From an uncultured bacterium (GTDB lineage: Bacteria; Verrucomicrobiota; Kiritimatiellia; CAIKKV01), in the NCBI GenBank assembly GCA_938038445.1, contig CALHRZ010000017.1:12065-76064 (forward strand): DNA of 64,000 nt, read 5' to 3'. Shown here in pieces: positions 29,974 to 39,374 of this stretch (positions are counted from its first letter, which is position 1; each line of letters begins with the position of its first letter). The notes under the pieces are model-generated. The model was given only the letters and a program-made list of their open reading frames with translations, was not told the DNA's origin and made no database searches. The translations under genes were made by a program, and so were the position numbers.

Positions 29974-32139
29974 TTATCGGTTAATCAGTTCCAACACCTT
30001 GTGCGCCTTGCCTGCAGCGACACTGTTCGGATAATCGCGAATCAGGGCGGTCAGTTTTTCGCGGGCTTCATTCTGCCGGCCAAGGCGGACCAGGACCACG
30101 CCCCATTTCAGGAGCATTTCGTCCAGGAAGGGGGCATCAGGATAATCCTGAAAAACGGTTTGAATCATCTCCAGACAGCGGGCGTAATCTCGTGCTTCCA
30201 GGTGGAAGTCGATCACCTTGCCCAGCGCTTCCCCGGCAAAAGGCGAATCGGGATACTGCTCGGCCACGGAGCGGTAAGCCGCAATCGCCTGCCCCAAGGC
30301 GCGCAGGCGTTCTTCTCGGCTGAGATTGGATCGGATGCTCTGCTCCAGTGTCTGCGCCAGCAAAAATTGGGCCTCCGCCTTCAGATCGGGGGATGTCTTG
30401 AGCCCCAAAATGCCACGCAGGAGTCCCGCGGCTTCGTTCGGCTTTCCCGCGTTGAGATAAGCCCGTGCAATCTGCATCATCGCCACATCGGCCAGCGAAG
30501 AAGTGGGAAAAAGCGCCATGAGCTGGCGGCAGGTGGCGATCGCCCCGCTCAGATCGTCCTTGGCAATCTGAAGTTCCCACTTCAACTGATAGGCCTCTTC
30601 CACCAGTTCGGGCGGAAGCGAGGCGCGGGCATACCGCCGGAGCACATCCTCGACCTTTTCCAACCCTGTATCCGCCTTTTCATGCGACCGAGCCATCAAT
30701 CCCACATCCTTGAAAATCTGGGCTAATCGAAGATAAAACTTGGCCTCCGTCACATTTTTGCGGGCCCGCAGCACCTCCGTCGCCACCTCCCGTTGCGCCA
30801 CCATGACGTCGGGAATCTCGCCGGCCAGAAATTCCGCGCGAGCTGAAACCAAACGCGGTTCCTTCCGGCTCCCAATGTGTGCCTTGTCCTCATATTCGAG
30901 AAAGATGATGTCTTTCTCCGCCGCCGATAGAATGCTGTCAGCCGTGTTCAAGGGCTGGCCTTCCTCCCATTTCTGAATGTTCAAGGTTCCCGTAAACACT
31001 CCCGTCATCGGCCCGCTCTCCCGAAGCGTCAAAGAGAGGCTGTCCCGATCCAATAACTCCTCCACTTCCAACGCAGCCGCCGTTTCCTCGCGCGGGGCCG
31101 GGTAGCGGGCAATAATCCGTACCACGACCGTGTCCGGACCGTCGGTGACATCGGCATCCAAGTCCTTGACCCGAAGAAACGCCGGTTGGCCGACAAAAAG
31201 ACCTCGCACATATTCCCGGTAGGCACCGTCCGTAAAGCCTGCCACGGCCGTCGAAACAGTCCGCGCAAAGGCTTTGCGCTCCACGTTTCGCCCCCCGTCC
31301 TGCGTGTTGGCATCCAGATAGGAAACCGTAATGCGGTCCCCGCCGCGCACTTCCAGAATGCCGTTGGTCGCCACCGCCTTTCCTTGTTCCATTCGGATGC
31401 TGCCCAAATAGAACTCCCCCTCTGCATCAAAGGGTTCCAGCGTCAAACGTTCCCGATCGCCCGAATCGGTTGTGACCGTGACTTCCAACGGGCGGCCCGC
31501 GATTTTGAGAACACGCAGGTCCTTGTCCTGAATCTTGACAAAAAACCGCTGCCCGGCTTCGACAAGGGACTCCTCTTCTCCTTCGTTAGGAGGAACGCTG
31601 GTCCCAACCATTTTGAGGGCTTCAACCGCCTGTCGCCACCGTTTCAACTGGAAATGGCACAGTCCAATATAATAGTAGGCTTCGTTGGCAAAAACGCTCC
31701 ACGGATACTGGTCCGTCACCTTCCGCAAGGTCGAAAGGGCGCGGGGATAATCCCCCAATCCGTAATGAGCGATCCCCATGCGGTAGAGCGCCTCCGCCTT
31801 TTCGTCCGGTCCCGCATCTTCCGCATCCAGCACCGGCTGAAGATTCTTGAGCGCGAGGGCGAAATCGGGCCTGTTCTCGGTGTAATACCGCCCAATTGCC
31901 AGCCAGGCCTGGAGCCGAACGGGCGATTTGGGAAAGGTGGCGGGAATCGAGGCCAACACCTTGAGCCCGCGCTCGTCCTGCCGGTCTTCAATCAGGGCAA
32001 GCCCCTGCCGGAATAACCGCATCGCCGCCGGGTCGCCCGCGCCGGAAGAATCGGTCGGCGTCTGCTGGGCCCTGCCGGCGGCCCCCGCCAGCAGCCCTCC
32101 GATTGTTACTGCCGCCATCACCATCGTTTTCCACTTCAT
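29974..32139 (-). CDS. Exported TPR - 2x Ig-like - TPR protein
   Basis: Signal peptide MKWKTMVMAA..; TPR blocks flank two beta-sandwich repeats (GDRERLTLE..YLGSI; ESGPMTGVFTG). Confidence 0.8.
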   Translation of the reverse strand: MKWKTMVMAAVTIGGLLAGAAGRAQQTPTDSSGAGDPAAMRLFRQGLALIEDRQDERGLKVLASIPATFPKSPVRLQAWLAIGRYYTENRPDFALALKNLQPVLDAEDAGPDEKAEALYRMGIAHYGLGDYPRALSTLRKVTDQYPWSVFANEAYYYIGLCHFQLKRWRQAVEALKMVGTSVPPNEGEEESLVEAGQRFFVKIQDKDLRVLKIAGRPLEVTVTTDSGDRERLTLEPFDAEGEFYLGSIRMEQGKAVATNGILEVRGGDRITVSYLDANTQDGGRNVERKAFARTVSTAVAGFTDGAYREYVRGLFVGQPAFLRVKDLDADVTDGPDTVVVRIIARYPAPREETAAALEVEELLDRDSLSLTLRESGPMTGVFTGTLNIQKWEEGQPLNTADSILSAAEKDIIFLEYEDKAHIGSRKEPRLVSARAEFLAGEIPDVMVAQREVATEVLRARKNVTEAKFYLRLAQIFKDVGLMARSHEKADTGLEKVEDVLRRYARASLPPELVEEAYQLKWELQIAKDDLSGAIATCRQLMALFPTSSLADVAMMQIARAYLNAGKPNEAAGLLRGILGLKTSPDLKAEAQFLLAQTLEQSIRSNLSREERLRALGQAIAAYRSVAEQYPDSPFAGEALGKVIDFHLEARDYARCLEMIQTVFQDYPDAPFLDEMLLKWGVVLVRLGRQNEAREKLTALIRDYPNSVAAGKAHKVLELINR

Positions 32140-32155
32140 GGGCTTGTTGCTCCGC

Positions 32156-33982
32156 TTAGAGGTCCTCATCCAAAATACCGCCTCCCGTCGCCACGCCATA
32201 CCGTTCCAGCCACTGATGCGCCTGAGACGAAACCGGATGCTGAGGATACTTTTTCAGCACAGCCCGCAAGGCCGCAATCGTTTTCTCACGGTTCTTGGCT
32301 CCTTCCCACACCTGCGCTTTGCGCAACGCGGCCTGCGGCGCATCGCGTTCGAAAAAGTTCTCGATTTCCGTAAGGGCTTCCACCGCCTGCTCCGGTTTGC
32401 CCCACCGTTGATAGCATTCGGCCGTAGCCCAGATCGTCGCGGGGGGATCATTGATCATCGCGTAAAGTTTGATCGCCTCTTCATAACGAGCCAGCCGATC
32501 TTTATAGAGGGTGGCGCGCAAACGCAAGGCCCTAAGGGAATAAGTCTTATCGTCCATTTTCTCAAGTTCTTCACATTTTTCGGCTTGAACCGCCCATTTC
32601 TCCTGCGCGCCCAACACTTCGATCTCCTTCCAAAGAGCCAGCGGAGGCGATTCGATCCGTCGAGCCATTTCGATCGCCCGCTCAAACTGCCGAGCGTTTC
32701 GAAATCGATCGCATAGACCCGCAAGACCGTTGTCCCGTTCGGGATTCGGCATGCGGAGATAATGCTCCCGGGCCCGAGCGATCAGGGCGTTCCATACGTC
32801 CGCGTGCGGCTCGGTTCCTGCGATCGGCATCGGAAAGCGATCCAGCGCCGGAAGAATCACCGCCAGTTGGCCCGCAGCATCCAGCCGATCCAACCGTCCC
32901 GCCAGAACTTCCCCAAAGTTTTTCCATTCGGGGGCAACGGTAAACTTCACCTGCCCCCCCTCGACCAGCCGGGGAATCATCCACTGGACCGATGAGCGAA
33001 GCGCGTCGCGGTTCTCCACTCGGCGAAAATCGTCCAGGGCGCTCTTCCAGATTTCCCCCCACTCCCGGCTCAAGCGCGCCCGCGCCGCAAGTGTGAGCAT
33101 GCGATTATACCAGTCGGAAAGACGCCCCGCTTCGGAAAAGACGGTCCTCTTCATCCGAGCCCATTCAAAAAAAACCCGCCGCTGCTTCTCGGGGATCGAA
33201 TCGAAAACGGCAAGTCCCCGATCGAGAATAAAAACCGCCTGGTCGGGCGGCTTGGCTCCAGTTGGAGGAAAACGGCCCAGAAGGCGATCCGCATCCTCGT
33301 ATCGTCCTTGCCGACAGTATAAATCCGTCAGCTTCTGTCGGGCCGTTGTTGCCGCGCTTTCCGGCCTTCCAACGAAGGATTCGAGATAGCCGTCAACAAT
33401 CCGCGTCCAACACCGTTCGGCTTCCCGCCACTTTTCTTGCTGCGCATAAAAGTCGGCCAGCCGGTCCAGCATGAGGTCCGCGACCGGATGGGCCAATGCC
33501 GCATCACGGTCGGTCATCTCCTGCCACACGGCGAAACCTTGCTCGAGATTCCCGTTCTCAATCAACGCAAGCCCCTTTAAATAGGCCGCCGGAACTGCCT
33601 CGTCCATGGACTTGCCGAAAAAGTCGAGCACCTCATTGTACCGCTGAATCGCCTTGTTCCGAAACCGGGCGAGATGATAGCCTAACCCCTGCATGAGAAG
33701 GGCGTGGCCATACACCGGCGTTTGAGGATTGGCGGTCACAAACTTTTCGTATTCGAGCGCCGCCGCCTCGAACTTGCTTTCCCGGATGAGTTTTTCCGCC
33801 GCTTCATACTGAAGCCGTTCCGCCTGGGACAGCAACCCGTACTTTCGCGGCGGGAGAGTCCAGGACCAAACGCCCTTGAAAATATCCTCCGCAGGTCCTG
33901 CACACAGGCGAACAGAAGCCATCCCCCACGTCCACGCCACAAGGATCTGAAGCCACCGACCTTTCACCCTCAATCCCGGCAT
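32156..33982 (-). CDS. Exported TPR protein
   Basis: Signal-like N-terminus, all-helical TPR pattern, YPQHPVS C-terminal motif. Confidence 0.8.
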   Translation of the reverse strand: MPGLRVKGRWLQILVAWTWGMASVRLCAGPAEDIFKGVWSWTLPPRKYGLLSQAERLQYEAAEKLIRESKFEAAALEYEKFVTANPQTPVYGHALLMQGLGYHLARFRNKAIQRYNEVLDFFGKSMDEAVPAAYLKGLALIENGNLEQGFAVWQEMTDRDAALAHPVADLMLDRLADFYAQQEKWREAERCWTRIVDGYLESFVGRPESAATTARQKLTDLYCRQGRYEDADRLLGRFPPTGAKPPDQAVFILDRGLAVFDSIPEKQRRVFFEWARMKRTVFSEAGRLSDWYNRMLTLAARARLSREWGEIWKSALDDFRRVENRDALRSSVQWMIPRLVEGGQVKFTVAPEWKNFGEVLAGRLDRLDAAGQLAVILPALDRFPMPIAGTEPHADVWNALIARAREHYLRMPNPERDNGLAGLCDRFRNARQFERAIEMARRIESPPLALWKEIEVLGAQEKWAVQAEKCEELEKMDDKTYSLRALRLRATLYKDRLARYEEAIKLYAMINDPPATIWATAECYQRWGKPEQAVEALTEIENFFERDAPQAALRKAQVWEGAKNREKTIAALRAVLKKYPQHPVSSQAHQWLERYGVATGGGILDEDL

Positions 33983-33983
33983 G

Positions 33984-36900
33984 TCAGTTTTCCGTCGCAA
34001 ACTTCCGGAACGCCTGATCGTTTTGAACCAGTTGCCCCCGGGCAAATTTCGCCCATTTACTCTCCGGATAATCCCACGTCAACCGTTTGAATGCGATATA
34101 GGCGTTCTTCATGTCCTGTGTCTTCAGGTAGCAGTCGCCGAGCCAGTACATCGCCTCCGCCCGAAGATCCTTGTCCTCGTACAACGCGAGAAGCCGCTCA
34201 AATTTGGCGATGGCTTCCGTTAGCCAGGACTTCGCTTTCTCATCGTACCGACCCTCCAAAACCGTCTTCCGTTCCTCCGCCCCCTTCATGTAGCTCTGGG
34301 CCGAAAGGAAGAGCGCTTTGGCCGCCAACTCGTGTTCCGGATTGCGGGACTGGAAGTTCCCAAAGATTTTGCCAGCAACCTCGTATTCTTTCGTACGATA
34401 AAAGTATTGCGCCAACCGGAGAATCGCATCGGAAACCAGAGGGCTGCGGGGATAGGCATACGTCAGTTCGACATAGGCATCGAGCGCATTGTCATTGTCC
34501 CCCATTCGCTCCAGACAGATCCCTTTCCGCAGCTGGGCTTTCGGTGCAAACTCGCTATCCGGCCAGTTGCTCAATACCTTGTTGTATCGCTCCAGCGCCT
34601 CTTCAAATTTCTCCAACTCCTGCGCCAGATTGCCGAGCAAAAATTCGGCATGGGGCGCATGAACCGTATCGGGATAATCCGCAATCGCCTCTTCCAAGAT
34701 CTGCTTGCCCTCCGCAATTTCTGCTTCGGCTTGAGATTTCTGCCCGGTTTCGCGATGTTCTTTGGCCAACTCGAACAATGCTTCGGCCATCAACAGGCGC
34801 GTTTTGACCGCAATGTCTTCGTTCGAGAACCGCTTGGTAAACGTTGCCAACCGCCCATCATCACCCATGAAAACCTGAACCTGAGCGGTCACGGCCCGCG
34901 GTTGAGTCGCAATCACGCTGACGGCATCTTGGTAAATCGCCGTGATCGTCTCCCCATATTCGACCGGAAGAACGCCCTCCTGAACGGCCCCAGAGCCTGC
35001 AAGTTCCGTCTTGATCCGCCCCGAAAAGACGCCGGAATGCGGCAGGGTTTCGGTCAAAACCATCGGAAATTCCCCCGCCTTGACGCGCAGACGAACCTCC
35101 ACCGGATCGAGTTCGTCCGTTTGATCCATATCCCGATCCATGAGCAGCAAATGGGCGTAATCCCCCACGAAAATCTGCCGTTCCGGCTCAAGATAGCGTC
35201 GGTCCATAAACCGCATGGAGGCATCGGTCGCAAGCGCAAACCAGCCCCGCGTCGCGGGTTCTTTCCGAACCGTAGGAATCACTACCCGCAACAGGTCAAC
35301 GCTCCGCATGTAAAAACGGGCCCGTCGAGCGTTGAGACGGCCCAGGGCCTCCTCCCGGCTGTCCTCCTCAACATATCCTGAGGAATCGCCAAGCCGCACG
35401 TCCACAAAGACCGAAAACTCCCCGTTCGTCGGGTCGCTCAACGTCATCGGAATCTCCTGATACGGAGGCCGCCTTCCCGCCGCTTCCGCCTCAGCGGCTT
35501 CCCGTTCGGTCGTCAGCCAAGCCACATGGGTGGATTTGGCGCCCAAAGCCGCCGCCGGATAGAGAACCCGGAAATGGACCGATGTGTCCATGCTTGTGAC
35601 CAGGGGCGCTTCGGGTCGTTGCCCCGCGCCCGCCGGGGCTGGACGGATCTGAACAACCGGACCCTTCTTTCCGGTCAGCCCTTCGTCGTCCCTCAAAAAT
35701 ACCGTTTGATAAAGGAGGAGTTCAGGAGGGTCCTGGGGAGCATCCGTGACCGAGGCGGTCCGGACAAGCTGTCCGTCGCTGCTTTCCTCGTCCCGGTACT
35801 CCAGGGTTACGGTGTCGCCCGAGGTCACCGCGATCGTGTCCCCTGCCGTCTGTCGGCCAAGACGAAGAATCGCGACAAAGACCCCAGAGTGAGGTTCCGT
35901 TTCGATCGCCTCCATTTCCAGAGACTCGCCCGAAGCCGTCGTAATCCACACGGGCACCTTGTCATGCTCCCGGCTCACATCGGCGTCATAGTCGGTGATG
36001 TGCACAACGAGCGATTCGGTCTCGCCCGTCCGAAACCGAAAGGCGGGATCATGTACGATCTCCCGTTCGCCTTTGGCATTCATCTCGATCGTTTCATAAG
36101 CAAACATCACTCGCGCATTGAAAAACCCGGATCGCAGCACCGCCGTCAAGCGGTTGTTGTCGCGTCGAATTCGACGTTCGTCCATATAAGAAATTTCGAT
36201 TCGGTCTCCCGGTCCGAGATGCAATACCCCGTCCGCCGCCCCCTTCAACCGTTCGGGCGGGAGAGGCAGAATGGCTTCGCCGCGCGGGCCAACAATGGTG
36301 GCCGTCCGAATGGCCACGTCGTTTCCTTCAAAACCGTCAAATACCCATCGAAGCTTCCGGACGGAAACAGGACGCGTGAAACGGGCCGTCGCCTTCTGCG
36401 ATTCCAACACCAGATGACCCGCGGGCGTCACGTCAACACTCTTCCAGCGAAATATTTGATCCCGGATGCGAACCGGCTTCTCCGTCTGCACCCGCGCGCC
36501 GAATTCGACACTCTCTTCCGGAGTCGGTCGGTTGAAGAGATGCCACTTGAGTACGACTCCTGGCGCCGCCGGCGGCACGGAGGGCATGGAAGCCAAGGGG
36601 TTGTTGGCTTTGTCCAGGACCGTCATGCTGGCTCCCCACGGTCCGCTGATCTGCGCCACCCGTAGTACGACGCCGTTCGTCCCCGCCTTCAATGAGCCCG
36701 TGACCGCATCCTCTTCGGGTTTCCAGATCCGCCCCGCCGGCCGACTATGGATCCGCTGGCCGTTCAGCCAAACCGTCACTCCATCACAACTGCCGATTTT
36801 GAAAACCGCCTCCTGGTCCGTTTCGCTGACGAGTTCCGTATAGAGAAAGGCCGCGGTGTTGCGCAGCGAACCAAAATGAGCGGCCAGATCCACGTAGCCA

Positions 36901-38567
36901 TAAACCTGCTCGCGGGATGGCTTCGTACTGAGAAGCGGCGTAAGCTTGTCGCCCGCCCCGCCCAACAACGTAAGATCGCGGACTGTGCCCCCGCCCGATA
37001 GATCCAACACTGCACTCCCGATCGGTTGGACGTTCATCAGATCCACCTCCCACCACGGCGGTTCACTGCCGCGAGATCCGCTCTTCCAGCCCGCCGATCC
37101 TGTAGCCAGGGGCCCGGCGGGATCCCGGCCGCTTGCCGTGTCGGATGCCGTCGCGCGGGGAGGCGACTTGGCCGTGGGAAGCTCACCGCGAAAGATCCCC
37201 GTATTGGGTCCCGTCTCTGTCAACCGCACCGGGTCAACCACATCCCCCGAGGAGGCGGCGGCACGCACTTCCACGGCATCGGGAGTTGGACTGACGCTCC
37301 GGTCATAGTCCACAACTTGAATGCGGATTGGATTGCCAGGACGAACCAGCCAGGGATCCCGTTCCCGCTCAAATGCGGCCATGGATTTTCCGTCCCGCTG
37401 CAGAAGAATCGCCATCCGTTGGCGAAGCAATGCCTCATCGCGCTGCTCGGCGCTCTGAAATTCCCCCGCTGTTGCGGTCAATTCCCCATCGGAAATCACG
37501 GCCATTTGTTTGGCCTCGTACTTCAGATTGTTCGCTTTTTGAAACGCTTCTTCAATTTGATATGCCACCGCATCGCCCCCCAATACCTGAAGCCGCAAGT
37601 CCCCCGGAACAGCCGGCCCGAGAACCGTGCTGATGGAGCCGCGGAACAAGGTCGGATCCCGCGGCGTAGGCAGGAGATTGAGCTTCTCTCGATCGCCTCC
37701 TTTGAGCGTCCGAATTTCGACCGGAATGCCTGCGCCCCCGCGAACAATCGCAAGATTCGGATCCTGCATCCTCATGGTAACAGGCCGGCCAGGTACCACG
37801 TATGAGGTCAGCACCCGTTCGCCGATTTCGAGTTCAGGATCCTGCAGACGGTCTTCGCGCAGATTGATTTCCGCTTCCAAAAAAATCGCCTCCACATGTT
37901 CGGGCACCCGTTTTTTTACCTCCAGCAGATTGGCCCTCGCCTCCGCATAATCCTCTCGATCAAAGGCAATCCGAGCCGCCAGAAAATACGCTTCCGCCTG
38001 AGCGGCCGCTTCCGGCGCATCCTTCAACCGCTCGATCAGCATGTCTGCGCCATCAAAGTCCCTTGTTAAGCGTAAAATGTCCACCACCCGAAATCTCGCG
38101 TGGCGTCCCGATTCGGTCAGGCGGAGATCCCGGTCCCGATCGAGACTTTCATACTCCAGTTTCGCCGCCGCATAATTTTGCTGATCCCGATACGTATCCC
38201 CCTTGATCAACCGCAGCCGAGCCGTCTGCTCCGGATTCATCCGCCGAGCAGCGAGCACCATATCGGCCACTGCGATCGCCTCTTTGTACTCTTTGTGCCG
38301 ACGATGCTGATCGGCAACCCAGATCACGAAGTCGCTGTCAAGCGAACTCCAGTGCTGCCGCAGCGTCTGCGCCTTGGGAAGATAGAGGTCCCATGCCCGC
38401 GCTTCCTGCCCCTCTTTGTAGGCCTGAGCCGCCGCTTTGAGCGCCTCAAGGGCGGAATCAGATGCTTGCTGCGCACGAACGGCGCTCAACGGAACAAGCA
38501 GCGAAATGATCGCCAGCGCGAGACTCCACGGTTTAGAACGGGAAGACGGGGGGCGGGAAACCATCAT
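33984..38567 (-). CDS. Giant exported TPR / Ig-like repeat / discoidin-PA14-like protein (1527 aa)
   Basis: Signal peptide (VRA-QQ), N- and C-terminal TPRs, 4-5 ET..SG.F.G beta repeats, PPWWEVDL and IGSCDGVTVWLNG motifs. Confidence 0.85.
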   Translation of the reverse strand: MMVSRPPSSRSKPWSLALAIISLLVPLSAVRAQQASDSALEALKAAAQAYKEGQEARAWDLYLPKAQTLRQHWSSLDSDFVIWVADQHRRHKEYKEAIAVADMVLAARRMNPEQTARLRLIKGDTYRDQQNYAAAKLEYESLDRDRDLRLTESGRHARFRVVDILRLTRDFDGADMLIERLKDAPEAAAQAEAYFLAARIAFDREDYAEARANLLEVKKRVPEHVEAIFLEAEINLREDRLQDPELEIGERVLTSYVVPGRPVTMRMQDPNLAIVRGGAGIPVEIRTLKGGDREKLNLLPTPRDPTLFRGSISTVLGPAVPGDLRLQVLGGDAVAYQIEEAFQKANNLKYEAKQMAVISDGELTATAGEFQSAEQRDEALLRQRMAILLQRDGKSMAAFERERDPWLVRPGNPIRIQVVDYDRSVSPTPDAVEVRAAASSGDVVDPVRLTETGPNTGIFRGELPTAKSPPRATASDTASGRDPAGPLATGSAGWKSGSRGSEPPWWEVDLMNVQPIGSAVLDLSGGGTVRDLTLLGGAGDKLTPLLSTKPSREQVYGYVDLAAHFGSLRNTAAFLYTELVSETDQEAVFKIGSCDGVTVWLNGQRIHSRPAGRIWKPEEDAVTGSLKAGTNGVVLRVAQISGPWGASMTVLDKANNPLASMPSVPPAAPGVVLKWHLFNRPTPEESVEFGARVQTEKPVRIRDQIFRWKSVDVTPAGHLVLESQKATARFTRPVSVRKLRWVFDGFEGNDVAIRTATIVGPRGEAILPLPPERLKGAADGVLHLGPGDRIEISYMDERRIRRDNNRLTAVLRSGFFNARVMFAYETIEMNAKGEREIVHDPAFRFRTGETESLVVHITDYDADVSREHDKVPVWITTASGESLEMEAIETEPHSGVFVAILRLGRQTAGDTIAVTSGDTVTLEYRDEESSDGQLVRTASVTDAPQDPPELLLYQTVFLRDDEGLTGKKGPVVQIRPAPAGAGQRPEAPLVTSMDTSVHFRVLYPAAALGAKSTHVAWLTTEREAAEAEAAGRRPPYQEIPMTLSDPTNGEFSVFVDVRLGDSSGYVEEDSREEALGRLNARRARFYMRSVDLLRVVIPTVRKEPATRGWFALATDASMRFMDRRYLEPERQIFVGDYAHLLLMDRDMDQTDELDPVEVRLRVKAGEFPMVLTETLPHSGVFSGRIKTELAGSGAVQEGVLPVEYGETITAIYQDAVSVIATQPRAVTAQVQVFMGDDGRLATFTKRFSNEDIAVKTRLLMAEALFELAKEHRETGQKSQAEAEIAEGKQILEEAIADYPDTVHAPHAEFLLGNLAQELEKFEEALERYNKVLSNWPDSEFAPKAQLRKGICLERMGDNDNALDAYVELTYAYPRSPLVSDAILRLAQYFYRTKEYEVAGKIFGNFQSRNPEHELAAKALFLSAQSYMKGAEERKTVLEGRYDEKAKSWLTEAIAKFERLLALYEDKDLRAEAMYWLGDCYLKTQDMKNAYIAFKRLTWDYPESKWAKFARGQLVQNDQAFRKFATEN

Positions 38568-38588
38568 GGCGCGTCCTGTCAGTTGGGC

Positions 38589-38641
38589 TTGCGATAACGA
38601 ATGAGAGCTTTTAAGATAACCGAAACCTCAAAAATCATCAA
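38589..38641. promoter_or_regulatory. Putative divergent sigma70 promoters with overlapping -10 elements
   Basis: Plus: TTGCGA(38589)-N17-TAAGAT(38612-38617). Minus: TTGATG(38641-38636)-N17-TATCTT(38618-38613). Confidence 0.55.
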
Positions 38642-38654
38642 TTTGTTTTTCACC

Positions 38655-39374
38655 ATGCCTATTTTCCGCTGTCCATATTGTCGCGGCCTCTTTTCCGAGC
38701 TCCTCCAACACGCCTGCCCCCACTGCGGCCGAACCCCCTTGATGCCGGCCGACCGGCGAAAATCGCCCGCACATTCCTCCACTCCCCCTCTTGCCTCCCG
38801 GCGTCGCCCACCGCCCCCGTTTCTCCTCGGATTTCTCGGTCACAACGGGTTCAAGCTGACCGCTGCTCTCCTGATCCTGCTCGCTGCCGGCAGCGCCCTC
38901 TTGAGCCGCGCCCGCACTCCCCCGGTGGACAGCACGCCAAGAAAAATCGAACGGACACGCCAAAGCCTCGCCAATCTGCGGGTCGCTGTGGAACAGTTCC
39001 GCCTGGATACCGGCCGCTATCCTTCCACCGAGGAAGGACTCGCCGCCCTCGTTCATCCCCCCGACGGAATTCAGAACTGGGACGGCCCCTATATCGTCGT
39101 GCTCAAAAACGACCTCTGGGGGCGTCCCTTTCGCTACCGTCTGAACGGAAATTCACCCTTCCTCGCCGGCGATGGGCCGGACCGCGAAAGCAATACCCAG
39201 GACGATCTCGTGGTTGAGGAAGAACAGACCCGAATCGAGTTTCCAACCGCCGGCGGACTCCGGGCCGTTATCGCTTTCTGGGACGGCTCCCGCCAAGCCA
39301 TTGTGGATGAAACGCTCCCCCCACCCCGCGCCATTCGAACCCGTATCGTGCCGAACCCTCCGGGCACGCCCTAG
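38655..39374 (+). CDS. GspG-like pseudopilin-domain protein with an N-terminal Zn ribbon
   Basis: CPYC..CPHC, a TM helix, then LRVAVEQFRLDTGRYPSTEEGLAALV..WDGPYI..DLWGRPFRY..GPD..DD (T2SSG domain). Confidence 0.8.
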   Translation: MPIFRCPYCRGLFSELLQHACPHCGRTPLMPADRRKSPAHSSTPPLASRRRPPPPFLLGFLGHNGFKLTAALLILLAAGSALLSRARTPPVDSTPRKIERTRQSLANLRVAVEQFRLDTGRYPSTEEGLAALVHPPDGIQNWDGPYIVVLKNDLWGRPFRYRLNGNSPFLAGDGPDRESNTQDDLVVEEEQTRIEFPTAGGLRAVIAFWDGSRQAIVDETLPPPRAIRTRIVPNPPGTP

